A stretch of 64,000 bases of DNA from NCBI GenBank assembly GCA_015056105.1, contig SVGX01000002.1:7417-71416 (forward strand), given 5' to 3'. The notes below the pieces were generated by a model. The model did no database searches, was not told where the DNA came from, and worked only from the letters and a program-made list of their open reading frames with translations. Made by a program: the position numbers and the translations under genes. Of the stretch, positions 18,382 through 26,643 are shown in pieces (within the stretch, counting starts at the first letter, position 1; every line of letters starts with the position of its first letter). Source of the DNA: Clostridiales bacterium. Lineage in GTDB: Bacteria > Bacillota > Clostridia > Christensenellales > CAG-138.

Positions 18382-19476
18382 TCATTTCAGGGCATGCATT
18401 TGTCGGGCAAGTTCCAGCAGCTGTTTGCGGGAAGATACCTCCAGCTTGCTGTAGATGTTCTTGTTGTGGTATTTGAGCGTGTTTTCCTTGATGTTCAGCT
18501 CCGTCAGGATCTCCTTTGTGCTTTTACCCGCAAGATAAAGGTCGTAAACGGCGCGCTCCGTCTGGGTCAGAAATGCAAGGCTTTCCCCGAAGCGCCGGAT
18601 GCGGCGCTGCAGGTTTTCCGCAGCATCCTCTTCCGTCTGTACTGCAGATGCAGCATCCTGCTCTTCCTGCGGCTGCAGCAGGGGCACATCATACTGCGCC
18701 TGCTCCGCCGCACCGGCATGCGCCTGCTCTTCCTGCACGATAAGGTAAAGGCCGAGAAGAAACAGCTCGCTGATGATATAGGAAACGGAAAGGAACTCAA
18801 AATCCAGCTTTACGATCTGCTCGAGCAGCCAGATGCCGATGTTCACCAGTACCGCCAGCGCAAGGATCAGCGCATGCAGGAAGGAACGGAGCCGCTTCTT
18901 TGCCGCCGCATAGGCGATGGCTGCGATCATGGCTGTAAAGTGGAACAGCAGATAGCACAGGTTCAGCACATGCCAGGGGCCGTAGACCTTGTGGAGCACC
19001 GCAACGCCGTTGACGATCTCAAGGGAAACTTCCTTGTAATAAATATCAAGATAGCCCGGGCTGGCAGCCACAAGAAACACCACCACGCTGAGCGCCGCAA
19101 GAACAATGGGCAGCCACTTTTTATAGCGGAAATCCGTCACGTTCAGTATCGTCATCAGCATGGAAAGGGGCAGAAATACGGAACCGAGATAGGCGATCCG
19201 GTTTGCAAGCAGCGCCTCTTCCAGCGTTTTCGATGCGGCGAGGCTCACATAGCCGATATTCACCACCAGCACCGATACGAACAACAGCAAAAACCAGATC
19301 TCCTTTTTCCGCACGAAGAAGCAGTATGCGATCAGCAGCAAAAAGGAGCATGCCGCCATAATGCCGTATACCATGGTAATGCTTTGCGATTTTTCTCCGA
19401 TATGGCTGCAGCCGCCAAGCAGCAGAAAAAGAAGCGGCAGCAGCGCGGCAATGCATTTATTTTTATATGCCTTCAT
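18382..19476 (-). CDS. LuxR/GerE-family transcriptional regulator with N-terminal multi-TM domain
   Basis: The C-terminus ERAVYDLYLAGKSTKEILTELNIKENTLKYHNKNIYSKLEVSSRKQLLELA is a GerE-type HTH. The N-terminal roughly 230 aa are hydrophobic, about 6-7 TM. Confidence 0.8.
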   Translation of the reverse strand: MKAYKNKCIAALLPLLFLLLGGCSHIGEKSQSITMVYGIMAACSFLLLIAYCFFVRKKEIWFLLLFVSVLVVNIGYVSLAASKTLEEALLANRIAYLGSVFLPLSMLMTILNVTDFRYKKWLPIVLAALSVVVFLVAASPGYLDIYYKEVSLEIVNGVAVLHKVYGPWHVLNLCYLLFHFTAMIAAIAYAAAKKRLRSFLHALILALAVLVNIGIWLLEQIVKLDFEFLSVSYIISELFLLGLYLIVQEEQAHAGAAEQAQYDVPLLQPQEEQDAASAVQTEEDAAENLQRRIRRFGESLAFLTQTERAVYDLYLAGKSTKEILTELNIKENTLKYHNKNIYSKLEVSSRKQLLELARQMHALK

Positions 19477-19526
19477 AGGACCTCCCCGGATTCAACACGA
19501 ACCGACAGCACAGCGTCCCACCCTTT

Positions 19527-19578
19527 TCCCACACTTTTTCCCACACTTTTGTCGAAAATAGCGTGTTCGGTGTGGGGA
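19527..19578. promoter_or_regulatory. candidate operator: 12-bp tandem direct repeat plus an inverted partial copy
   Basis: TCCCACACTTTT occurs at 19527-19538 and again at 19539-19550. GGTGTGGGGA (19569-19578) is an imperfect inverted copy. Located in the divergent LuxR / zinc-ribbon intergenic region. Confidence 0.4.
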
Positions 19579-19926
19579 CAGAATCGGATCCTTTCCTTAT
19601 AATATAAATATAAACTGGTAGGACTGTGGAAATTTTGCGGCGCTTTCGGCAGCCCGGCAGGAAAGAACTTCCTGTTCTGCGGTTTTCACATCTGCAGTTC
19701 CCGTTTTCCCCTGCTTTTTTCATCGGCATGCCGTCCGGCGCAGCCGCAATGCTTTCCTGTTCCGACAGATATTAAATTATACCATAAAGCAGCCCTTTCT
19801 TCAATTGATCTTTCACCCGGCATCCATACCCGCTGTCCAAATGTGATCCCATCCGTACCGTGTTGTTTCCGGCATGTTCGGATCCGTTTTTTGACATATC
19901 TTTCAGCAAAAAGGAGGAACCAGGCC

Positions 19927-22344
19927 ATGGCATTTTGTACCAACTGCGGCATGAAGCTCGAAGGAACACCCAAATTCTGCCCGAATTGCGGCACCCCCGT
20001 TGCGGAAGCACCTGCTCCCGTTGTGGAAGCACCCGTTTACACTGCGCCTGTAGCGGAAGAGCCCGCTCCCGTTGCGGAAGCGCCCGTTTACACCGCGCCC
20101 ATCGAAGAAGAACCCGCTCCCGTTGCGGAAGCGCCCGTTTACACCGCGCCCATCGCGGAAGAACCCGCTCCCGTTGCGGAAGCACCCGTTTACACCGCGC
20201 CTGTGGCGGAAGAGCCCGCCCCCATTGTGGAAGCACCCGTTTACACTGCGCCTGTGGCGGAAGAGCCTGCTCCCGTTGCGGAAGCGCCCGTTTACACTGC
20301 TCCCGTTGTGGAAGCACCCGCTCCCGCTCCTGTGGTAGAAGAGGAGCCGGAAGTTATCACCGGCAGCTACACTTTCCCCACTGTACCCGTACAGCAGCAG
20401 TATCAGCAGCCCGTACAGCAGTATCAGCAGCCCGTACAGCAGTATCAGCAGCCCGTGCAACAGTATCAGCAGCCCGTGCAGCAGTATCAGCAGCCTGTGC
20501 AGCAGCAGTATCAGCAGCCTGTGCAGCAGCAGTATCAGCAGCCCGTGCAGGCGGAAAAGCCGAAAAAGCAGAAACCGCCCAAGGCCCCCAGGCAAGGCGG
20601 AAAGAATAAGGCGCTGCCCTTCATCATCGGCGGCGGCGTGCTGCTTGTCGTGCTCATCGTTGTCCTTGTTCTTGTTCTTGGCGGCAAGGGCAGCAAAAAC
20701 GATGTTACCGGCATTTACTACGGCCACAGCATCAATATGTTCGGCGAGGTCGTGCCCATGAACGAAGCCTATGGCGATGATTCCTCCATCGAGCTCAAAA
20801 AGGGCGGCGAAGCCCTCTTTACCCTTGACGGCGACACCTTCCCCTGCAATTGGGAGCTTGCCAATACCGATTTCCTGCTGAGCGTGGAGGATATCCGCTG
20901 CCCCGGCACCCTTGAAGACGGCGTTCTCACCATCGATTACATGGAAATGGGCATGATGATGACCTTTGCCAAGGAGGGCGCGGAAGTTCCCGAAATCATT
21001 CCCGCACCGGGCAGCGATACGGATACGGAATTTGAGCTTTTCGGCACCTATCCCCTCTACAGCGCCGTGATCGGCGGCCATGAAACGCTCCTCGCTTCGC
21101 TGCAGCAATCCGGCCTTGCGGAAGGCTATGTTGCCTTCAACGATGACGGCACCGGCGAATACCTGATCGGCGGCGGCGAACCCATGGCCTTCACCTATGA
21201 ATACGACGGCTTTGAAGAAGGCACCATCACCTTTACCGACGGCACCACCGCCCCCTTTGCCGTGGATATGGATGAGATCACCGTGGAACTGAACAACCTC
21301 AACATGGTGATGACCCATGTGTATGAATACAGCGATGTATGGAACGGGAGCGATGAACCCACCGAACCCACCGAGCCGAAATCCCCTGCCTATGTGATCG
21401 AAAATCCCAGCGATTGGTACGGCTGGTTCGCCTTTGTGGAATATTGGGGCGATACCGCCTACACGGATGATATTTGTGACGGCTGGGCCGTTGTTCGCAC
21501 GGACAGCACCGGCACCGCTTATTTCGAAGTTTATCAGAGCCCCGAAATGGATGATAGCCCCGTATTCTCCATGTATGCAGCCATTGAAGATTATTCCGTT
21601 ATCCCCGTGATCGGCGATGGCGATGCCTGGATCCGGGATCAGATCCTTGACCCCGACGCCGATGCTTCCCTTTATACCGGCCATCTTCTCAGCAACGGCA
21701 CCCTTTGCTTCGAATTCCCCTATGAATCCCCCGATGGCGAATTCGGCTGCGTTGCGCTCATGTGCTTCCGCCCCGAAGGCGAAGTGTGGGATGAGCTGAA
21801 CGATACCCTGCCCCCGAGCTATGCGGAATATGCCGAAGCCCTTGGCGTCAGCAGCAGCACCGCCACCGAGGCGCCCGGCAGCAACACTTCCGCTCCGGAA
21901 AGCGGAGCAGCCACCGGCTTTGGCGGCGAAAACACATGCACCATTGAAGAGTTCTTCAGCGATGAAACCAAGGACATCACCTTCACGCTGCCCGAAAGCG
22001 GCTTTGTGGTGGATAACGGCAGCAGCAGCACCGCCTATATCTACAAGGCGGCCTCGCTGGATGATGCCTATTCCGATACGCCCCGCATCCAGTTTGAGCT
22101 GAAGGATTCCCTTGACAGCGTGAACACCTACATGGGCAGCATGACGGACATCAAGGAGATCGACAGCCGCACCGTGGGCGGCGTTACCCTTACGGGCCGT
22201 ACCTACAAGCAATACGGCATGGAATGGACCGAATATTACGGCGAACTCTCCGATGGCTTCTGGCTCGTGATCAAGATCTCCGAAGTGAATATCGCCCCCG
22301 GCAGCGAAGGCGCCGCCATCCTTGACAGCGTCAAGATCGGGTGA
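19927..22344 (+). CDS. zinc-ribbon membrane protein with two internal tandem-repeat linkers and a large C-terminal extracytoplasmic region
   Basis: RBS AAGGAGG precedes ATG 19927. N-terminus MAFCTNCGMKLEGTPKFCPNCG is a zinc ribbon, followed by APV/YTAP repeats, QQYQQPV repeats, a single TM (LPFIIGGGVLLVVLIVVLVLVLGG) and about 550 aa of unknown fold. Confidence 0.8.
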   Translation: MAFCTNCGMKLEGTPKFCPNCGTPVAEAPAPVVEAPVYTAPVAEEPAPVAEAPVYTAPIEEEPAPVAEAPVYTAPIAEEPAPVAEAPVYTAPVAEEPAPIVEAPVYTAPVAEEPAPVAEAPVYTAPVVEAPAPAPVVEEEPEVITGSYTFPTVPVQQQYQQPVQQYQQPVQQYQQPVQQYQQPVQQYQQPVQQQYQQPVQQQYQQPVQAEKPKKQKPPKAPRQGGKNKALPFIIGGGVLLVVLIVVLVLVLGGKGSKNDVTGIYYGHSINMFGEVVPMNEAYGDDSSIELKKGGEALFTLDGDTFPCNWELANTDFLLSVEDIRCPGTLEDGVLTIDYMEMGMMMTFAKEGAEVPEIIPAPGSDTDTEFELFGTYPLYSAVIGGHETLLASLQQSGLAEGYVAFNDDGTGEYLIGGGEPMAFTYEYDGFEEGTITFTDGTTAPFAVDMDEITVELNNLNMVMTHVYEYSDVWNGSDEPTEPTEPKSPAYVIENPSDWYGWFAFVEYWGDTAYTDDICDGWAVVRTDSTGTAYFEVYQSPEMDDSPVFSMYAAIEDYSVIPVIGDGDAWIRDQILDPDADASLYTGHLLSNGTLCFEFPYESPDGEFGCVALMCFRPEGEVWDELNDTLPPSYAEYAEALGVSSSTATEAPGSNTSAPESGAATGFGGENTCTIEEFFSDETKDITFTLPESGFVVDNGSSSTAYIYKAASLDDAYSDTPRIQFELKDSLDSVNTYMGSMTDIKEIDSRTVGGVTLTGRTYKQYGMEWTEYYGELSDGFWLVIKISEVNIAPGSEGAAILDSVKIG
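20008..20335 (+). repeat. 51-bp in-frame tandem repeat, about 6 copies
   Basis: Units start at 20029, 20080, 20131, 20182, 20233 and 20284, each encoding APVYTAP(V/I)(A/E)EEPAPVAE. Neighbouring copies differ at only a few bases. Confidence 0.9.
20392..20550 (+). repeat. 21-bp (some 24-bp) in-frame tandem repeat, about 7 copies
   Basis: CAGCAGTATCAGCAGCCCGT(A/G) is repeated, encoding QQYQQPV. The last two units carry an extra CAG. Confidence 0.9.
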
Positions 22345-22388
22345 CGAAAGAACAAAACGAACACAGCAAACAGGAAAGGAGAAATCAT

Positions 22389-23072
22389 ATGCAATACAGA
22401 ATCGAAGGCGGCAGCCTGCCCTGCGTGATCATCGATCTTCAACCCGGCGAGACCCTCATCAGCCAGTCCGGCGGGCGAACCTGGAGCCGCGGCCCCATCG
22501 CCCTTGAAACCAAGGCGGAGGGCGGCATCGGCAAGTCCCTTGGCCGCATGCTTTCCGGCGACAGCCTTTTCATGAGCCGCTATACGGCACAGGGCCTCGC
22601 AGAGATCGCTTTCTCCTCCTCTTTCCCCGGCAGAATCGTGCCCCGGGTGCTGCAGAGCGGTGAAAGCATCATCTGCCAGAAGAGCGCTTTCCTTTGCGGC
22701 ACCGCCGGCATTGACCTTGCCATCCATTTCCAGAAGAAGCTCGGTGTGGGCCTTGTAGGCGGCGAAGGCTTCATCATGCAGCGCGTGACCGGCCCCGGCC
22801 TCGTGTTCCTCGAGGTGGATGGTTTCTGCAAAGAGTATGACCTTGCCCCCGGTGAGCAGCTCATCTGCGATACCGGCGTGCTTGCCATTATGGATGCCAC
22901 CTGCCAGATGGATGTGCAGATGGTAAAGGGCGCTAAAAACATGATCTTCGGCGGCGAGGGCCTGTTCGATACCGTCATCACCGGCCCGGGCAAGGTGCAC
23001 CTGCAGACGATGACCGTCAGCAAGCTTGCGAAGCTGATGATCCCCTTCCTGCCCTTTGAACAGAAAAAATAA
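22389..23072 (+). CDS. AIM24 / TIGR00266 family protein
   Basis: RBS AAAGGAG precedes ATG 22389. MQYRIEGGSLPCVIIDLQPGETLISQSGG..., ...GEGFIMQRVTGPGLVFLE... and ...GEGLFDTVITGPGKVHLQTM are typical of this family. Confidence 0.85.
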   Translation: MQYRIEGGSLPCVIIDLQPGETLISQSGGRTWSRGPIALETKAEGGIGKSLGRMLSGDSLFMSRYTAQGLAEIAFSSSFPGRIVPRVLQSGESIICQKSAFLCGTAGIDLAIHFQKKLGVGLVGGEGFIMQRVTGPGLVFLEVDGFCKEYDLAPGEQLICDTGVLAIMDATCQMDVQMVKGAKNMIFGGEGLFDTVITGPGKVHLQTMTVSKLAKLMIPFLPFEQKK

Positions 23073-23111
23073 ATCATCGGCCATTGGTGCCGAAGCATAA
23101 GGACAACTGTT

Positions 23112-24254
23112 ATGAAACACAACATGAAACAAGTATTTTCCCTTTTCCTTTCCCTGGTTTTCGTTCTTGCGGCCCTTGCGGGCTGCGGCAGCAGCAATGA
23201 CGATGCCCTTGCCGCCATGCAGCAGCAGCTTGATGCCATGCAGCAGCAGCTTGACGAAGCGGAGCAGCAGGGCTATACCCCCGGCGTGAAGGCGCCTGCC
23301 GCACCCAAGCCCACGCCCACCCCCGCTGCAGAGGAGCCCCTGCCCCTGCAGGAGAACGTCCTTCTTTTCAACGCTGCGGTGAACGGCGAAACCTGCGTGC
23401 CCGTTTCCGGTGAAGCAATGACCGCGGAGGCCGTGATTGCCGAAGAGGGGATCCGTGTGGATCACTGGGCGGTGAACGGCGTGCATTTCCCCGAAGAGAC
23501 GATGGATACCTTCACATTCACGGCGGATTCTGCCGCCGCCGTGGAAGCGGTGCTGCGCCCGGAAAAGAAGGTGACCACCATCAACGCCGAAATGCACTTC
23601 CTGAACGAAAAGGGCAAGCCCGCCGGCGAACCCTTCACCGAGTTTGTGTTCGAATCAAAGCCCTATGATGCGCCCTACAAGCATCCCCTTACCGGGGCGG
23701 ATGTGGAAAACGGCACCGTGACCGTGCATGTGGAAGCTGTTGTGCCCCGGGGCTACAGGATCGCTTACTGGCTGATCAACGATGTGCCTTATTACTTTGA
23801 TGACACCGTGGAAGAATTCACCGTTGTGGATCTTGACGAAACCACCGTGTATGAAGTCGTACTGGAAGAAAAGAGTAGTTCTTCCTCCGCAAGCAAGCCT
23901 TCCCCCACCCCCACGCCCAAGCCCGGTACCCTCACCGGCGGCAGCAGCGGCGGCAACCAGTTCATTGTGGATATCGAGAAGCCGGAAAGCTCTCCGGAGC
24001 CCGATACCTCCGCCACCGTGTATTATACTGTTACCTGCTTCGATTGCAGCTTCTCCGGCGGCGGCGCAGGCGGTTCAAGCGGCCAGGTGCCCGCAGGCAC
24101 CAAAATCAGCGTATCCACCGATTACGCTTCCGGCACCTTCTACTGGACGGGTGATTACAGCAACGGTGATAACCGCAACCCCAGCACAAAAACATCCTTC
24201 TCCTACACCGTGAACAGCGATTGCTTCTTCCAGGCGATCTACATCGTTAACTGA
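23112..24254 (+). CDS. lipoprotein of unknown function
   Basis: Signal peptide with lipobox LAGC (MKHNMKQVFSLFLSLVFVLAALAGCGSS), a short repeat AMQQQLDAMQQQLDEAEQQ and a Pro/Thr linker. No recognisable catalytic motif. Confidence 0.7.
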   Translation: MKHNMKQVFSLFLSLVFVLAALAGCGSSNDDALAAMQQQLDAMQQQLDEAEQQGYTPGVKAPAAPKPTPTPAAEEPLPLQENVLLFNAAVNGETCVPVSGEAMTAEAVIAEEGIRVDHWAVNGVHFPEETMDTFTFTADSAAAVEAVLRPEKKVTTINAEMHFLNEKGKPAGEPFTEFVFESKPYDAPYKHPLTGADVENGTVTVHVEAVVPRGYRIAYWLINDVPYYFDDTVEEFTVVDLDETTVYEVVLEEKSSSSSASKPSPTPTPKPGTLTGGSSGGNQFIVDIEKPESSPEPDTSATVYYTVTCFDCSFSGGGAGGSSGQVPAGTKISVSTDYASGTFYWTGDYSNGDNRNPSTKTSFSYTVNSDCFFQAIYIVN

Positions 24255-24272
24255 TTTCCGGCCAAAGCATGC

Positions 24273-24313
24273 ATGCCCTGTGCCGCAGCGGCGCAGGGCA
24301 TATTCCCTTTTTG
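24273..24313 (+). terminator. intrinsic terminator-like hairpin
   Basis: TGCCCTGTGC (24274-24283) pairs with GCGCAGGGCA (24291-24300), followed by TATTCCCTTTTT. A second weaker hairpin lies at 24312-24329. Confidence 0.6.
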
Positions 24314-24358
24314 CGGGCGCCTGCCCGCAGCAGACTTTTTTGATAAGGAGAAAACGGT

Positions 24359-24850
24359 ATGGTCACATTCACCGCACTTCCCGATTCCCTTTCCGCCTTC
24401 CGGGCGCTGCCGCAGCTTGATCTTTCCAACCCGGAAAACACCTGTGCGCTGCTGCTTGCGGCGCTGAACCTTTATGTAAAAAACAAGGAAGCAGGCATTG
24501 AAGCCATCAACATGCTCAGAGGCCCTCGCCCCATGAGCCCCTTTGAGGTGCAGTTTGTGCGGGATAGGCTCATCGATAAGCCCTACCTGCCCCTTTCCTA
24601 TTTCAGCGGCGCCACGGTACAGAACAGCTATACTCCCTCCGTACCCTATACGCTCTCCTTCCTGCCGGATCCCCGCCCGCAGGATGTGGAAGAAGGCTAC
24701 ATGCGCCTTTATGTGCGCTCCGCCGGGGCGGATTCCCCAAGAGTCATCACCCTGCGGCGCAAGGCAAGCGGCAATGAATGGTTCCTTTGGGAATATTCCG
24801 GCGTTTTTCTCGGCATCCGTATTCCCGCCAATGAAGACCCCTGGGCGTAA
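24359..24850 (+). CDS. hypothetical protein
   Basis: RBS AAGGAG precedes ATG 24359. 163 aa, soluble, no family recognised by eye. Confidence 0.6.
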   Translation: MVTFTALPDSLSAFRALPQLDLSNPENTCALLLAALNLYVKNKEAGIEAINMLRGPRPMSPFEVQFVRDRLIDKPYLPLSYFSGATVQNSYTPSVPYTLSFLPDPRPQDVEEGYMRLYVRSAGADSPRVITLRRKASGNEWFLWEYSGVFLGIRIPANEDPWA

Positions 24851-25004
24851 GAACAGGCGATATCACGAGAATGCATCCTTCTGCAGAAACATCCTGTGCC
24901 CGGCAGGCCGCAAAGATCCCTGCGGTGACATTCTGCCGCCTGATGCGGAGCTGATCCGGGCAAATCAGGATGCTTTTGTCTCGTGGGATGTTTAAGGAGG
25001 CAAT

Positions 25005-25754
25005 ATGATGAAGGAGAAAACAAAAACGATGTGGGCGATCATTCTTGTCCTGTCTGCACTTGGGATCATACTTTGCCTTGCAGGCTGTTCAAAAGGAAAC
25101 AGATACAAGGTGGATCTTGACGGCAGCGACTTTTGCTATGAGGGGGTAAAGGAATCCTACCGTGCCGGGAATGATGTGACGCTTTATTATACATTGATCG
25201 CCACGGATACGGATTATTCCTTTTACCTTGATGGCGAGCCCATCAATTTCGAGTATGATGAGAAAAAAGGCTTCGTCATTCGGTTCACCATGCCGGAGCA
25301 TGATGTGAAGCTCGAATGCAATGCGAAAGAAAGCATGACCTATGTACTCTCCGGATGGAACGGGGAAGCGGATGTGATGCTTCTTGATTTATATCGGGCT
25401 GAGACTGCTGCCGAAGGCAGCAAGGAAAGTCGGGAATATGTGATCACCACCATCGATGATCCTGATCAGGTGCGCCTCGATGTGTATGTCAAAGAAGGCG
25501 GGGAAGAAGAGACCTGCACAAGCTGCAGCATCCCCTACGAGAATGCACATGAGCTTCTCTGCTTCGTTTATGATAACGGCCTTGATGCGTGGAACGACCT
25601 TGAAGAGTGGGTCAGCCTTGACGGCACGCAAACGGTCTGCAAATTCTGGAACGGAGAAGAACATATTCGTGTTTCCACCGACCGCATGCCGGAAGGCGGC
25701 GAGAAAACGCTGGACGAGTTGTTCAAATTGCTGGAAGGCTGCGTGCAGCAGTAA
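25005..25754 (+). CDS. lipoprotein of unknown function
   Basis: RBS AAGGAGG upstream and lipobox LAGC (MMKEKTKTMWAIILVLSALGIILCLAGCSKG). Confidence 0.7.
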   Translation: MMKEKTKTMWAIILVLSALGIILCLAGCSKGNRYKVDLDGSDFCYEGVKESYRAGNDVTLYYTLIATDTDYSFYLDGEPINFEYDEKKGFVIRFTMPEHDVKLECNAKESMTYVLSGWNGEADVMLLDLYRAETAAEGSKESREYVITTIDDPDQVRLDVYVKEGGEEETCTSCSIPYENAHELLCFVYDNGLDAWNDLEEWVSLDGTQTVCKFWNGEEHIRVSTDRMPEGGEKTLDELFKLLEGCVQQ

Positions 25755-25853
25755 ATCAGTATTCGACAAACAAAGATGCAGCATTGTATAATATCATTAG
25801 TATTATTGTGAAATAAATCAGCCAATCAAATAATTAAGAAAAGGAGAAAAACG

Positions 25854-26627
25854 ATGGGCCTGTTTGACAAAAAGTATTGTGATGTATGCGGCGAAAAGAT
25901 CGGCCTTTTCGGCAACCGCAAGCTCGAAGACGGCAACCTTTGCAAGGATTGCGCCAGCAAGCTTTCCCGCTGGTTTGATGACCGCCGCAACAGCACCGTG
26001 GATGAGATCCGCGCACAGCTTGATTATCGGGCTGTAAACCTTGAAAAGGTAAAGGCCTTCAGTGCTACCCGCAGCTTCGGCCGCAATGCAAAGCTGCTCC
26101 TTGATGAGGATAAGCAGCTTTTTATGGTGGCGTTTACCTCCAAATTGCTGGATGAAAACCCGGATGTGCTCGACTTTTCCCAGGTCACCGGCTGCGATCT
26201 TACCATTGATGAAGATCGGGATGAAGAGATGCGTGAGCTGGAGGATGGCAAGGAAGTCAGCTATAACCCGCCCCACTATATCTGGAATTACACCTTTACC
26301 ATGACCATCCGCGTCAACCATCCTTATTTTGACGATATGCAGTTCGACCTGAATTCCGGCAGCAGGCTCGAGATTCAGCCGGATTACCGCAACGCCTTTG
26401 CCGCAAGGAATTTCGATCCCCGCAAGGATGCGCGCTACCTTGAATATGTCAAGATGGGCGAAGAGATCAAGGATGCCCTTACCTCGATCCGCACGGAGCA
26501 CCGCGAAGCGGTAGCCGCCGCCAACGCGCCGAAGGCACCCGCGGTCTGCACCGCCTGCGGCGCCACAAGCCTGCCCGATGCCAACGGCTGCTGCGAATAC
26601 TGCGGCACGCCCCTGCCCAAAGCATAA
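25854..26627 (+). CDS. DUF4428-like zinc-ribbon protein
   Basis: RBS AAGGAG upstream. N-terminus MGLFDKKYCDVCGEKIGLFGNRKLEDGNLCKDCASKLS matches my memory of DUF4428 N-termini. A second Cys4 motif lies at the C-terminus (CTACGA...CCEYCG). Confidence 0.75.
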   Translation: MGLFDKKYCDVCGEKIGLFGNRKLEDGNLCKDCASKLSRWFDDRRNSTVDEIRAQLDYRAVNLEKVKAFSATRSFGRNAKLLLDEDKQLFMVAFTSKLLDENPDVLDFSQVTGCDLTIDEDRDEEMRELEDGKEVSYNPPHYIWNYTFTMTIRVNHPYFDDMQFDLNSGSRLEIQPDYRNAFAARNFDPRKDARYLEYVKMGEEIKDALTSIRTEHREAVAAANAPKAPAVCTACGATSLPDANGCCEYCGTPLPKA

Positions 26628-26643
26628 CGCCATTTGGACGCAA

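Noticed and set aside
20008-20550. Possibility that the regular repeats are a CRISPR array
   Set aside because: The repeats are directly tandem with no unique spacers. They are in frame within a long ORF, encode a coherent peptide repeat, and no cas genes are nearby.
19903-22212. 769-aa minus-strand ORF and the repetitive ORFs 19772-20317 and 19860-20609
   Set aside because: They are antisense or off-frame readings of the zinc-ribbon gene. Their repeats simply mirror the 51-bp and 21-bp coding repeats, and they have no SD.
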